The notes beneath the pieces are model-generated. The model was given only the letters and a program-made list of their open reading frames with translations. It had not been told where the DNA came from and did not search any database. The translations under genes were made by a program, and so were the position numbers. From Halorussus marinus (GTDB lineage Archaea > Halobacteriota > Halobacteria > Halobacteriales > Haladaptataceae), in the NCBI RefSeq assembly GCF_004765795.1, contig NZ_SBIV01000001.1, positions 186,001-250,000 on the forward strand: a stretch of DNA of 64,000 nt. Reading direction: 5' to 3'. Positions 1-11,884 of the stretch are shown in pieces. Numbering within the stretch: position 1 is the stretch's first letter; the number at the start of each line of letters is the position of its first letter.

Positions 1-473
1 CCGAGATGAGCGACGTGGGCGCGGACATCGCCAAGGACCACAAGAAGCTGTTCAAGCAGTACAAGACCGAGGTCCGCGAGGAGATCGACAACCCGATGCT
101 CCGTCGGCTCGCGCCGGCGGGGACCGTCCTGCCCGACGTCCACCTCGAATACCACCGCGACGGCCGGACGTTCGGTCGACAGCTCGGCACCTACCCCCTG
201 CTCGTGGGCATCCCGGGCGAGCGCGAACTCGGCCGGACGATCGACGTGGCGGTCGTCGACCACGGCTACCGGTCGGTGACGGGCGTGCCGTATCCGCTCG
301 ATCTCAACAGCGCGACGATGGACGAACTCACCGCGATCCCCGGACTCGGCACTCAGCGGGCGGGCAACGTCATCGTGAACCGGCCGTACGAGTCGCCGAC
401 CGAGCTCTCGGCGGACGTGAGCGTGAATCTCGACTCGTTCGCGACCGCGGAGAACCCGGAAGGCGCGGACTGA
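1..473 (+). CDS. C-terminal part of a radical SAM protein with TRAM-like and helix-hairpin-helix domains (5' truncated by window edge)
   Basis: Acidic ORF with TFGRQLGTYPLLVGIPG and HhH-type DLNSATMDELTAIPGLG; frame is open to the window start. Confidence 0.75.
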   Translation, partial: EMSDVGADIAKDHKKLFKQYKTEVREEIDNPMLRRLAPAGTVLPDVHLEYHRDGRTFGRQLGTYPLLVGIPGERELGRTIDVAVVDHGYRSVTGVPYPLDLNSATMDELTAIPGLGTQRAGNVIVNRPYESPTELSADVSVNLDSFATAENPEGAD

Positions 474-1091
474 CTACCCGACTCGCGCGACGATCTTTCT
501 GGCGACGATCCCGGTCGAGACCGAACAGCCGACGTACCACGCGAGCCACACCTGGAGCGGGCCGACGATCGTCGCGGTCCACGCGACGTGTCCCACGACG
601 GGGAGCGCGAGCGCGGCGGGCGCGACGGCGGCGCTCGGCGCCAGAAACACCCACCGCAGGTAGAGGAACGCCGGCACCGAGACGAGCATGCTCCAGACCA
701 TCGGCCGGAACTGGGTCTTCATCTGGGCCAGCCAGTCGCCCATCAACTCTTGCTGTTCGGCGCGCAGTTCCTCGACGGCGTCGTCGTCACCGCGGTCCCG
801 GGCGTTCTCGACGCGGTCGCGGATCTCGGTCATCCGATCGCGAAGCTCCGCCATCCGCTCTTGGTTCCGGAGCTTCGCGTTGAGTAGCGCCGACGACAGC
901 CCCGCGGTGCCCGCCAGCAGGAAGACGAGCACCGAGAAGGGGACGAACGACGCCGCCGGCGCGAGCGCCGCCTGCATCCCGGCGCCGACGGCGGTCCCGA
1001 TCGGATCCACGAAGTACCCCGACAGCATGACGAGCGCGCCGACCCCGGCGAGCTTGTCGCGTGCGGTCCACCCCGCCGATTCGGTTGCCAT
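474..1091 (-). CDS. DUF106 / EMC3-TMCO1 (Oxa1 superfamily) membrane protein
   Basis: TM helix, coiled-coil (MAELRDRMTEIRDRVENARDRGDD), QFRPMVWSMLVSVP and WLAWY motifs; ATG at 1091 chosen. Confidence 0.75.
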   Translation of the reverse strand: MATESAGWTARDKLAGVGALVMLSGYFVDPIGTAVGAGMQAALAPAASFVPFSVLVFLLAGTAGLSSALLNAKLRNQERMAELRDRMTEIRDRVENARDRGDDDAVEELRAEQQELMGDWLAQMKTQFRPMVWSMLVSVPAFLYLRWVFLAPSAAVAPAALALPVVGHVAWTATIVGPLQVWLAWYVGCSVSTGIVARKIVARVG

Positions 1092-1307
1092 ACCAACAGG
1101 TTCCGGGCGAAGCGTTATCAATGCTTTCCCGCCACGGGGCGTCGGCCCGTCGGGACCAGATCGGCCGCGACGGCGTCCCACGCGTCGTTTCGGTGTCGGC
1201 GACGAGTCCGACCGGGCCGACCGCGAGCGAAGGTCGGCGGTGGCTCTCCGACGGGCGTCCCAAAGAGAACCCCGGGACGCGCTCGCGGCTCCGATCGCGA
1301 GCGAGCC

Positions 1308-1724
1308 CTAGAACTCTTCTTCGATGATCTCGCCGACCGCGAAGTTCGACTTGACTTCGGTGATCTCGACTTTCACGCGCTCGCCGATCTCGGCGTCGGG
1401 GACGATGATGACGTACCCGCGCTCGACGCGGGCGATGCCGTCGCCCTGCTTGCCGATGTCTTCGACCTCGACGTAGCGAATTTCGCCCTCCTCGACGGGG
1501 GGTTGCGGTTCCGACGACGTGGAAGTGCCGGAGCTTTCGCTCTTCGAACTCGACTCGGCGCTCGACGACTCGGAGTCGTCCGCGATGAGTGCGACCCGAT
1601 AGGTCTCGCCCGGCTCGACCGAGCCGGTTTCGATCTCGCGACGCGGCACCTCTACGACGTACTTGTCGTCCTCGATAGTGACATCAGCACTGAACAGACA
1701 CAGGAGTTTGTCAGAGATCTCCAA
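1308..1724 (-). CDS. TRAM domain protein
   Basis: C-terminal PPVEEGEIRYVEVEDIGKQGDGIARVERGYVIIVP; probable TTG start at 1724 (MEISDKLLCLF). Confidence 0.85.
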   Translation of the reverse strand: MEISDKLLCLFSADVTIEDDKYVVEVPRREIETGSVEPGETYRVALIADDSESSSAESSSKSESSGTSTSSEPQPPVEEGEIRYVEVEDIGKQGDGIARVERGYVIIVPDAEIGERVKVEITEVKSNFAVGEIIEEEF

Positions 1725-1931
1725 GGTTATATGCCTCCGTTCGGACGCAAGGGAGTAGGCCATAAAGAACTTTACCACCGACCTTTCAAATCCCCGAGAG
1801 TATCTGGCCGAACGAGCGCCGCCGGGCGGCCCAGCCGCGGCCAGCGAGCGCCTGTCGGCAGTTCCGCGACCCGGCGAGACTCGCGGCCGGACTGTCAGAT
1901 GCCGGAGTTGAACGGCGATCGGCGATCGCTC

Positions 1932-2657
1932 TCAGCCGTCGTAGGTCGAGCCGTCCGGTCGTTTGGCGCCCTCCGAGTCGTGGACGACCACGCCCCCGTC
2001 GGGGTCGATCGGCTCGTAGGCGTCCCGGACGCCGATCGCCTCCCGTAGCTCCCGGACCGCTCGGGCCTTGAGCGCCGCCGCGAGCTCCTCGGCGTCCTCG
2101 CGGGAGATCTCCCGGCCCAGCCCCTCACACTCGTGGGCCCGTACCGCTCCGGCCTCGTCGTCCCCGGTCGCGTCCGTCCGGTCGCCCAGCGCGACGCTGT
2201 CGACCGGTTCGCCCATCGGTTGGCTCGTCCCCCCGAGCGCGACCGAGAAGGGGTAGGTCTCGCAGATGAGCGGGCGGTCGGCGTGGACCGAACACGCCCC
2301 GGTGCCGTCCTCGCTCTCCTCGTAGAACGTGCAGTCGCCGCAGGCGTCGGTCTGGAGCGCCCACTCGAACGTCTCGCCCGCGCCGTCCTCGACGCCGTAC
2401 GGCATGGGACGGGCGACGTCTCGCCACTCGCGGGGAGCGTCCGGGAGATCGTTCGAGCCGTCGGGGTCCCGACTCGGGGCGTCCTGAAGCGCCCGCACCT
2501 CGTCGGGGAAGACGGTCGCGGTGTGGGGATCGTCGGCCTCGGACTTACAGCACGCGCCACACCGCGTACACTCGAACCCGATCGTCTCGATGGCGTCGGC
2601 CAGTTCGGCGACCTCGAGCCCGCGGGCGCGTTCGAGTTCGGCTTCGAGACTCTCCAC
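1932..2657 (-). CDS. YkgJ family cysteine cluster protein
   Basis: FECTRCGACC, CTFY, CSVHADRPLICETYPF and HECEGLG motifs. Confidence 0.85.
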   Translation of the reverse strand: MESLEAELERARGLEVAELADAIETIGFECTRCGACCKSEADDPHTATVFPDEVRALQDAPSRDPDGSNDLPDAPREWRDVARPMPYGVEDGAGETFEWALQTDACGDCTFYEESEDGTGACSVHADRPLICETYPFSVALGGTSQPMGEPVDSVALGDRTDATGDDEAGAVRAHECEGLGREISREDAEELAAALKARAVRELREAIGVRDAYEPIDPDGGVVVHDSEGAKRPDGSTYDG

Positions 2658-2691
2658 GCCTCACACTTGGGCCCCGCGACCAAAAGCCGTG

Positions 2692-3456
2692 CTATCGCGG
2701 CGCCGCCCGCCGCCCGTCCCAGCGGACCGCTCGCTCGACGGCGAGCTTTTCGAGGTGGGCCGCGACGGTCCGGCGGGCGGCCTCCCGGACGTCCGAGACG
2801 TCTTTCTCGTAGGCGGCGTCGGTGACCGCATCGAGCGTGCACGCGCCGCCTCTGACCGCGGCCAGCACCTTCGACTCGCGGTCGAGCCGGTGGGCGAGCA
2901 GTCGCTCGATCCTCGCCCGCGGGTCGTCGATCGCGGGACCGTGGCCCGGGTGGAGTCGGCCGGGGTCCCGGGCGTAGAGTCGGCGGAGCGACGCGAGGTA
3001 CGCCCGGAGGTCGCCCTCGTCGGCGCCGACCAGCACGCTCCCCTCGGCGACGACGAGGTCGCCGGCGAGGACGGCCTCGCCCGCGACGAGCGCGACGTGG
3101 TCGGGCGCGTGGCCCGGCGTCTCCATCACCGTCGCGGGGCCGACCCCGGTCCCCTCACGGAACGTCCGGTCGGGCGCGACGCCCGTCGCACGCTCGAAGC
3201 GCGACTCGCGGCCCGCCCGCGCCCAGACGGTCGCCTCGCAGGCGTCGGCGTAGTGGGCGACCCCGTCGACGTGGTCGGGATGGGCGTGGGTGACGAGGAC
3301 GTGGTCGACCTCCCGCGCGTCGACCGCGCGGTCGAGGGCGTCGGTCCTGCCGGCGGGGTCGACCAGCACCGCCGGCTCGCGGCCGACGAGGTAGGCGTTG
3401 GTGACACCGTATGGCGACAGCGTCTCGGTCGGAACCGGAACGCGCTCGACGTTCAC
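2692..3456 (-). CDS. MBL-fold metallo-hydrolase
   Basis: THAHPDHVDG, TPGHAPDH, GD and PGHG motifs; GTG start at 3456 inferred. Confidence 0.85.
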   Translation of the reverse strand: MNVERVPVPTETLSPYGVTNAYLVGREPAVLVDPAGRTDALDRAVDAREVDHVLVTHAHPDHVDGVAHYADACEATVWARAGRESRFERATGVAPDRTFREGTGVGPATVMETPGHAPDHVALVAGEAVLAGDLVVAEGSVLVGADEGDLRAYLASLRRLYARDPGRLHPGHGPAIDDPRARIERLLAHRLDRESKVLAAVRGGACTLDAVTDAAYEKDVSDVREAARRTVAAHLEKLAVERAVRWDGRRAAPR

Positions 3457-3494
3457 GTCCCGAGCGAGGGGCCGCACAGAGAAAAGCGTGGGCG

Positions 3495-3764
3495 TTACCG
3501 ATCGAGGAAGTACACCTGCTTGCGCGCGTCCTGGAAGCTGTACCGCGAGTCGACGAGACTCTCTTCTTCGAGCCGATTCAGCGCGTACCGGACCGTCCGG
3601 TCGGGCAACAGCGATTCCTCGGCGAGCTGGCCCTGCGAGAGCGGCGAGTCCGTTTCGAGGACCTTCGCTACCAGTTTCGCGCTCGGGGGGAGGTCGCGGA
3701 GGCGCTCGCGGTACTCGTCTGCGGACTGTTCTGCGACCGGGGGCTCGTCCGTGGTCGTGCTCAT
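3495..3764 (-). CDS. Small winged-HTH (MarR-like) transcription regulator
   Basis: LPPSAKLVAKVL...LSQGQLAEESLLPDRTVRYALNRL...DARKQVY. Confidence 0.85.
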   Translation of the reverse strand: MSTTTDEPPVAEQSADEYRERLRDLPPSAKLVAKVLETDSPLSQGQLAEESLLPDRTVRYALNRLEEESLVDSRYSFQDARKQVYFLDR

Positions 3765-3915
3765 ACAGACACGACTCCGTGAACCCCTAGTAAATGTTGT
3801 CTATATGGCCGACTGTATTGTTTAAACACCTAATACACGAATCGGCGTCCGCGACGTTCGTTCCGGCGCTATCGGCGCCACCAAAAACTACGTGGCCGGA
3901 ACCCCGAGAGCCGAT

Positions 3916-4317
3916 ATGGAGGAAATCCCCGACGCGTTCTCGGACCTGTTCGAGCGCGAGACGTTCGCGAGCTTCGCCACGCTGATGCCGGACGGGACGC
4001 CGCAGGTGACGCCGGTCTGGATCGACGAGGACGACGGCCACCTGCTCGTCAACACCGCGCGCGGCCGCCGGAAAGAGCGCAACGTCGAGCGCGACCCCGA
4101 GGTGGGCGTCTGCGTGCTGGACCCCGACGACCCGTATCGGTACGTCTCGGTCCGTGGCGAAGTCGTCGCGGTGACCGAGGACGGCGCAGGCGACCACATC
4201 GACGCCCTCGCCCGACGGTACATGGACGTCGAAGAGTACCCCCACCACGGCGAGGAGTCGGGGCCGCGAGTGATCGTCCGGATTCGCCCCGACCGCGTCG
4301 TCACGAGCGGGGAGTAA
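3916..4317 (+). CDS. PPOX-class putative F420-dependent oxidoreductase
   Basis: ATLMPDGTPQVTPVW, RKERNVERDPEV and YRYVSVRG motifs; ATG at 3916. Confidence 0.85.
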   Translation: MEEIPDAFSDLFERETFASFATLMPDGTPQVTPVWIDEDDGHLLVNTARGRRKERNVERDPEVGVCVLDPDDPYRYVSVRGEVVAVTEDGAGDHIDALARRYMDVEEYPHHGEESGPRVIVRIRPDRVVTSGE

Positions 4318-4451
4318 TCGCCGACGGCCGCCGCGAGCGCCCCGTTCGGGACGTCTCCGATCGGGCCCCGGTGTCGGCGTCGGGAGTGGTCGGCGTCGAG
4401 ACGTATCCCTACCGTTTTAGTCCCCCGGTGGACTACGGGAAGACGAGAAGC

Positions 4452-5159
4452 GTGAAAGGAGAGGAGTGGTACCAGGCCGACGAGGTCGCCGAGGAGTACG
4501 AGGAGAAGCGATTCTCTCGGGGTGGGCGACTCATCGACCGCCGTGAGAAGCAGGCCGTTCTGGACGCGATCGGGCCGGTCGACGACCAGAACGTCCTCGA
4601 GATCGCGTGCGGCACCGGACGATTTACCGTCATGCTCGCCGAGCGGGGCGCCGACATCGTCGGACTCGATATCTCGGCGGCGATGCTCCAGCAGGGCCGC
4701 CAGAAGGCCCGCGACGCCGGTGTCGCCGACCACCTCGAGTTCATGCGCGGGGACGCCGCGCGCCTCCCGTTCCCCGACGACCACTTCGATACGGTGTTCG
4801 CGATGCGGTTTTTCCACCTCGCGGACACCCCCGCCGCCTTCCTCTCGGAGATGTGCCGGGTCGCCGCCGACAGGGTGGTCTTCGACACGTTCAACGGGAC
4901 GAGCACCCGAAGCATCTACAACTGGTTGCTCCCGATGGGGTCGCGGCTCTACGCCCGCTCGGAGGTCGAGAAGCTCCTCGAGGGCGCGAACCTCGAACTG
5001 GTGAACGCCGAGCACGACTGGATCCTCCCCTACGGATTCTACCGGAAGATTCCGGGGTCGATCGCCGACCCCATCCGCGACGCCGACACGACGATCGGCG
5101 ACCTCCCGTTCGCGGACCGGTTCGCGTCGGTCTCCTACTGGACCGCTCGGGTTCGGTGA
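4452..5159 (+). CDS. Class I SAM-dependent methyltransferase
   Basis: VLEIACGTG, GLDIS and GDAARLPFPDDHFD motifs; GTG start at 4452. Confidence 0.85.
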   Translation: MKGEEWYQADEVAEEYEEKRFSRGGRLIDRREKQAVLDAIGPVDDQNVLEIACGTGRFTVMLAERGADIVGLDISAAMLQQGRQKARDAGVADHLEFMRGDAARLPFPDDHFDTVFAMRFFHLADTPAAFLSEMCRVAADRVVFDTFNGTSTRSIYNWLLPMGSRLYARSEVEKLLEGANLELVNAEHDWILPYGFYRKIPGSIADPIRDADTTIGDLPFADRFASVSYWTARVR

Positions 5160-5278
5160 CCCGCGATCCCGCGGTCCCGCGGTCGGTGTGCCATTCTCTG
5201 GCCGGACGCGGTTCGGTCGGGACGACCCCGCGACGAAGGCCGAACCGTTTTTAAACTTCCGTCGGGACGTTGCGTGGT

Positions 5279-6229
5279 ATGAAGCTATCCGTGGTGGTTC
5301 CGACGCTCAACGGGCGCGAGCGCCTCGCGGTGTGCCTCGACGCGCTGGCGCTCCACGCCCCCGACGCCGAGGTCATCGTCGCCAACGGGCCCTCGGCCGA
5401 CGGAACCACCGGGATGGTCCGGGAGCGCGAGGACGTCGACGTGCTCGTGGAGGTCGCAGACAGGAAGCTGAACGTCGCTCGGAACGCGGGCATCGCGGAG
5501 GCGACCGGCGACGCGATCGCGGTGATCGGGCAGGACACGATCGTCGAGGCGACGTGGGCCGACGCGGTCCGGGAGGCGCTGGCCGACGCGGCGGTCGTCA
5601 CCGGCCCGGTCCACCGCGCGGTGCGGGCGGGGATGACGACCGAGTCCGTCGAGCGCCGCACGATCCGGGGCCGGGAGGTCACCTACTTCGACGGGGGCAA
5701 CGTCGCGTTCACCCGGGAGGCGATCGAGGCCGTCGACGGGTTCGACGAGTATCTGGCGACCGGCGGCGCCCGCGACTGCGCCCACCGGCTGGCGGGCGCC
5801 GACTACGAGGTCGTCTGGTCGCCGACCGCCTGCGTGACCCGCGAGGACGAGGAAGACGACCGAGACGACCGCGACTGGGGCTGGAAGTACCGCGCGCTCG
5901 CCTACCGCCTGGTCAAGAACTACGGCCCCCGTCCCGGAATCTTCGGGCGGACCGGCCGCGACGCGGCCGCCGACGCGATCGAGAGCGCCGCCGACGTGGT
6001 CCGGGGCGACGGTGCGCCGTCGACGTGGTTCGGCAACGGCAAGCGCGTGCTCGTCAACGCGGCCATCGGCTCGAAGGACGGGTTCGTCGCCCGACTCCGG
6101 GACCGCACCGAGACCCACAACCCCTACGGGTTCTCCTCGCGGGCCGATCGGGCGGTCGAGCGCTACGACTGGCGCGAGTCGGATCGATCGGACGCCTCGA
6201 CGGTCGCGTCCGACGCGTCCGGGCGGTGA
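5279..6229 (+). CDS. Glycosyltransferase family 2-like protein
   Basis: LSVVVPTLN, ARNAGI and GFDE motifs; the usual DxD position reads GQD. Confidence 0.8.
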   Translation: MKLSVVVPTLNGRERLAVCLDALALHAPDAEVIVANGPSADGTTGMVREREDVDVLVEVADRKLNVARNAGIAEATGDAIAVIGQDTIVEATWADAVREALADAAVVTGPVHRAVRAGMTTESVERRTIRGREVTYFDGGNVAFTREAIEAVDGFDEYLATGGARDCAHRLAGADYEVVWSPTACVTREDEEDDRDDRDWGWKYRALAYRLVKNYGPRPGIFGRTGRDAAADAIESAADVVRGDGAPSTWFGNGKRVLVNAAIGSKDGFVARLRDRTETHNPYGFSSRADRAVERYDWRESDRSDASTVASDASGR

Positions 6230-6464
6230 CGCGGTCGGGACCGACCCGACCGCGCAGTCGGCCTTTTGAGTGACGGTTCGGGCGGTCGAGACGCTCTCGG
6301 ACGGCCTCGAACGCCGGTATTCGGCCCACACCCCGGCGGCGTTTCGGGGTCTCTCGAAGCGACTGCGCGGGGTGAAACGGTCGAAACGAACCGAAGATTT
6401 AAGTGACGAAACGAATGGGAACGAACCGCGAAGTTAAGTCCGCACTCGGGGAAAATACGATCGA

Positions 6465-6833
6465 ATGGCGCTCGCAAATATAGATGCACACGAGCGAATC
6501 GACCGGTCCTATCGGCTTCTCGCCGACGTCCGCCGGCGACGCGTCCTCTACGCGCTGGAGGCGAACGACGAGATCACCGTCGACCGCCTCGCGGAGCGAC
6601 TCGCCCGGTCGGGGGTCGCCGAGAGCACCGAACGGGCGGCCGCGTCGCTCGTCCACACTCACCTCCCGAAACTCGCCGACGCCGGCGTGATCGAGTACGA
6701 ACGCGAGGCGGGCCTCGTCGCGGCCGACGACGGCGTCGCCGTGCTCGAACCGTTTCTGGACCGACCCCGCGAGATCGAACCCGACGTAGAACAGTGGTCG
6801 GTCGCCGACCACGCCTCCAGAGAAGTCTCGTAG
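6465..6833 (+). CDS. Haloarchaeal ArsR-like winged-HTH protein (DUF7344-type)
   Basis: LLADVRRRRVLYAL and SLVHTHLPKLADAGVIEY motifs; TTAAGT TATA-like box about 26 nt upstream. Confidence 0.8.
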   Translation: MALANIDAHERIDRSYRLLADVRRRRVLYALEANDEITVDRLAERLARSGVAESTERAAASLVHTHLPKLADAGVIEYEREAGLVAADDGVAVLEPFLDRPREIEPDVEQWSVADHASREVS

Positions 6834-7658
6834 TCACTCGCTCTCGGGCGAGAGGCCGTCGATGACTCGCGAGGGGTTCTTGTCGAACACTTTCCGCATC
6901 GCGTCTTCGGGCACGTCGAGGGTGAGTATCTCCATCACCGCCACGTTGGGGTGGGCCGACGGCGCACCGCTCCCGAACAGGACCCGATCGGGGTGTTCCA
7001 TCACCGCCCGCTCCAGCAGGTCCCGGTAGCGGACGTAGCTGGTGTCGAGATACCACTCGTCGTGGTGTTCGAGCATGTCGATGGCCTCGGTCATGAGTTC
7101 GCGGTTCAGCGGGTGGCCGCCGAAGTGTGCGAGCACGAGCGGGAACGACCGCGAGAGGAGCGTGTCCGCGACCGCACCGGGCGTGAACCCCTCGCCGGCG
7201 TGGACGAGGACCGGAAGGTCGACCGCCTCGAGCCGGTCGAGGGTCTCCTCGTCCGGGAGGCCGTCGGCGACGGGGTCGAGCTTGAACCCGTGAAACCTGT
7301 CGTCGTAGGCGTACTGCTCGACGTCCTCCGGCGAGGTGTGGTGTTCTTTTCGGCGCGCGGTCAGGTTTCGAAGCCGCGAGGAGGCCGTCTCACCGGGGTC
7401 TCGCGGTCCGTTGATCCGGGCGAAGGTGAGAAACGGTCGCTCGACGCTCCGGCGAGCCACCGCGTTGTTCGCGCTCACGTACCCGCCGTCGGGGCGCTCG
7501 CCCGGGAACACGACCGACCGCACCACGCCGGCCTGGTGCATCTCTCGTTCGAGTCGGTCGGGGCTGATGGCCCGTCCGAGCGTCTGCACGCCGCCCGCGT
7601 CCGCGTTCAGGCGGGCGTGAACGTCCACCACCCGAAACCGGTGCTCCAGCTCCAGCAT
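6834..7658 (-). CDS. Amidohydrolase_2-like TIM-barrel protein
   Basis: VVDVH, GFKLDP, PVLVHAG, LAHFG, YLDTS and RVLFGS motifs. Confidence 0.8.
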   Translation of the reverse strand: MLELEHRFRVVDVHARLNADAGGVQTLGRAISPDRLEREMHQAGVVRSVVFPGERPDGGYVSANNAVARRSVERPFLTFARINGPRDPGETASSRLRNLTARRKEHHTSPEDVEQYAYDDRFHGFKLDPVADGLPDEETLDRLEAVDLPVLVHAGEGFTPGAVADTLLSRSFPLVLAHFGGHPLNRELMTEAIDMLEHHDEWYLDTSYVRYRDLLERAVMEHPDRVLFGSGAPSAHPNVAVMEILTLDVPEDAMRKVFDKNPSRVIDGLSPESE

Positions 7659-7808
7659 CGAGTGAGAGTTGGGAGCTACGCTATTTTTCAGTGTCGGTTG
7701 CGCCCGATACGGAGAGAACGGATCGGCGATCCGGACCCGGCGGGGGCCTCGTAGCCGAGGACGGAAAAATCGAGTCGTCGCCGTCCCGGGTGTCGCCCGG
7801 ATCGGCGG

Positions 7809-10036
<2,228 letters not shown>

Positions 10037-10064
10037 TTGTAGGTTTCACTCGTTCCAAAAAGAG

Positions 10065-10108
10065 AACCGCGACTACAAAAAAGTAGGTGATTTCGGGTAG
10101 TCTCGGTT
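10065..10108. promoter_or_regulatory. Inverted repeat (candidate operator) upstream of the katG unit
   Basis: AACCGCGACTAC-N20-GTAGTCTCGGTT with 11/12 pairing, plus nested CTAC-AAAAAA-GTAG, in an AT-rich tract. Confidence 0.4.
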
Positions 10109-10326
10109 GCCTTAAGGAAAAATTTCTTTTGGATATCTGAAATGCGGGGCGACCGGCGGCGGTCCTCGGCCTCGGGGACGGCGACCGAAACGGGCCCTCC
10201 GAGCGATCGTGTCGGCGTGTCACACACTGGTCCGTCGGATTATCGGTCACAGTGTACCCGCCGGTCCGACAGCGGCGTCGCTGGTGGCGCTTGATCCGCT
10301 CGCCGAAGAAGACCGCCGGTCGGGCG

Positions 10327-10635
10327 CTACGCCACGCGCTCGAACCGGTGGAGGACGACCTCGCTGTCGTCGTCCCACTCGAAGTTGTCGTGGGCGCGAT
10401 CGAGTATCTCGCGGTACTGATCCAGATCCCGCATTCCCTCGGCGCGGGCGTCCTCGTCGGTCAGGTCGCCGAGCCGGCGCTCGCGGACCGCGACGACTTC
10501 GAACGCCTCGCCGTCGATTTCGAACCGATCGCCCTCGTCGGCGTACTGGTCACCCCGGTGGATCTGGGTCACCTCGCCGTCCAGCGCGCCCTGTCGCATC
10601 CGCTCGTTCGGCAGGATCGTGTCCGGATCTACCAT
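10327..10635 (-). CDS. ASCH domain protein
   Basis: GEVTQIHRG and LGDLTDEDARAEG motifs. Confidence 0.8.
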   Translation of the reverse strand: MVDPDTILPNERMRQGALDGEVTQIHRGDQYADEGDRFEIDGEAFEVVAVRERRLGDLTDEDARAEGMRDLDQYREILDRAHDNFEWDDDSEVVLHRFERVA

Positions 10636-10677
10636 ACCGGGTTCGAGGGACGCCACCGGCAAAGCTGTTGGGTCGGA

Positions 10678-11043
10678 CTACTTCGTCGCGATCCAGCCGC
10701 CGACTGCGCCGGCGAGCGCGCTCTCGACGCCCATCACGACCGCGACGAACAGCGCGAACAGGAAGACGCTCCCGCCGAGTATCGGCCCGAGCGGGCCGAG
10801 CCCCACCGCGCCGACCGCGCTGACGAGCGCGCCGAGGATCACCGCGAGGACGATTCCGCCGATCGAGCCGGCGAGCAGGCCGTGCCACGCGCCCCTCGCC
10901 CAGCCGCCGCCCGCGAGCACGCCCGCGACGAGGCCGCCGAACAGTCCCGCCGCGAGCTGGCCGACGCCCGGGAACAGCGCGCCGATCCCGCCGACTACCA
11001 GTTCGACGAGGAAACCGACCGCGACCGCGTACCAGTTTGTCAT
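10678..11043 (-). CDS. DUF5518-like membrane protein
   Basis: Gly-rich hydrophobic helices; NWYAVAVG and GAWHGLLAGSIGG. Confidence 0.7.
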   Translation of the reverse strand: MTNWYAVAVGFLVELVVGGIGALFPGVGQLAAGLFGGLVAGVLAGGGWARGAWHGLLAGSIGGIVLAVILGALVSAVGAVGLGPLGPILGGSVFLFALFVAVVMGVESALAGAVGGWIATK

Positions 11044-11086
11044 CTCGACCGTCGGTAGGTCCCGAAGCGAGATAAGGCTACTTGGG

Positions 11087-11755
11087 CTACTCGAAGGTCA
11101 CGCCCACGTCGTGCATCCCCTCGTTCTCCATCGCGATGTTGATCAGAAGCGGCGTCAGGCTCTCGACCTCGGCGGCGTTGGCCGCCGGCCCGGCCGACAG
11201 CGCTCGGAGTCCTTCGATCTGGTCGGCGAGGGTCCCGACCGTCTCGACGGCGTCCTCGTCGTCGCCCACCACGAGCGTGTCCAGATCGAGTTCGACGTCG
11301 AGGTTCGCGAGCCGGTCGGCCGAGAGATTGTGGAACGCCCCCACCACGGGCACGCCTTCGGGCGCGGTCTCGGCGACCAGTTCGGTGACCGAGCCGACTC
11401 CGGGCGGCTTGTAGTGAAAGCCCGACTCGTCGCGGTCCATCCCGACCGCGGGGCTCACCAGCGCGTCGGCGTCCCCGATCCGGTCGGCGACCGCCTCGAC
11501 CGTGTCCCGGACGTGATAGGCCGGCACCGCAAGCACCACCACGTCGGCGCGGTCGGCCGCCATCTCGTTGGCGAACCCCTTCACCTCGCGGTCGACGCCG
11601 CGGCTGTCGAGTTCCGTCACGTACTCGTCGGCCTTCTGGCGGGCCCGACCCGCGTCCCGAGACCCGATCAGGATCTCGTGGTCGGTGTCCTGAGCCCACC
11701 GCAACGCGAGGGCCTGTCCGATGTCGCCGGTCCCGCCGAGGAGTGCGATTCGCAT
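11087..11755 (-). CDS. npdG: NADPH-dependent F420 reductase
   Basis: MRIALLGGTGDIG, IGSR, VGAFHNLSA and EVESLTPLLINI. Confidence 0.92.
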   Translation of the reverse strand: MRIALLGGTGDIGQALALRWAQDTDHEILIGSRDAGRARQKADEYVTELDSRGVDREVKGFANEMAADRADVVVLAVPAYHVRDTVEAVADRIGDADALVSPAVGMDRDESGFHYKPPGVGSVTELVAETAPEGVPVVGAFHNLSADRLANLDVELDLDTLVVGDDEDAVETVGTLADQIEGLRALSAGPAANAAEVESLTPLLINIAMENEGMHDVGVTFE

Positions 11756-11884
11756 ACCGGCTGTTCGGGCCGGGGACGGATTAAGTATTCCTCACCGCGG
11801 CGAGCGTTCCGACGCCCGCTCGGTCGGTCCGCGGGGACGGATACCACCTGTGTTCTCCGGGAACGACTCGTCGGCGGGCGATCG

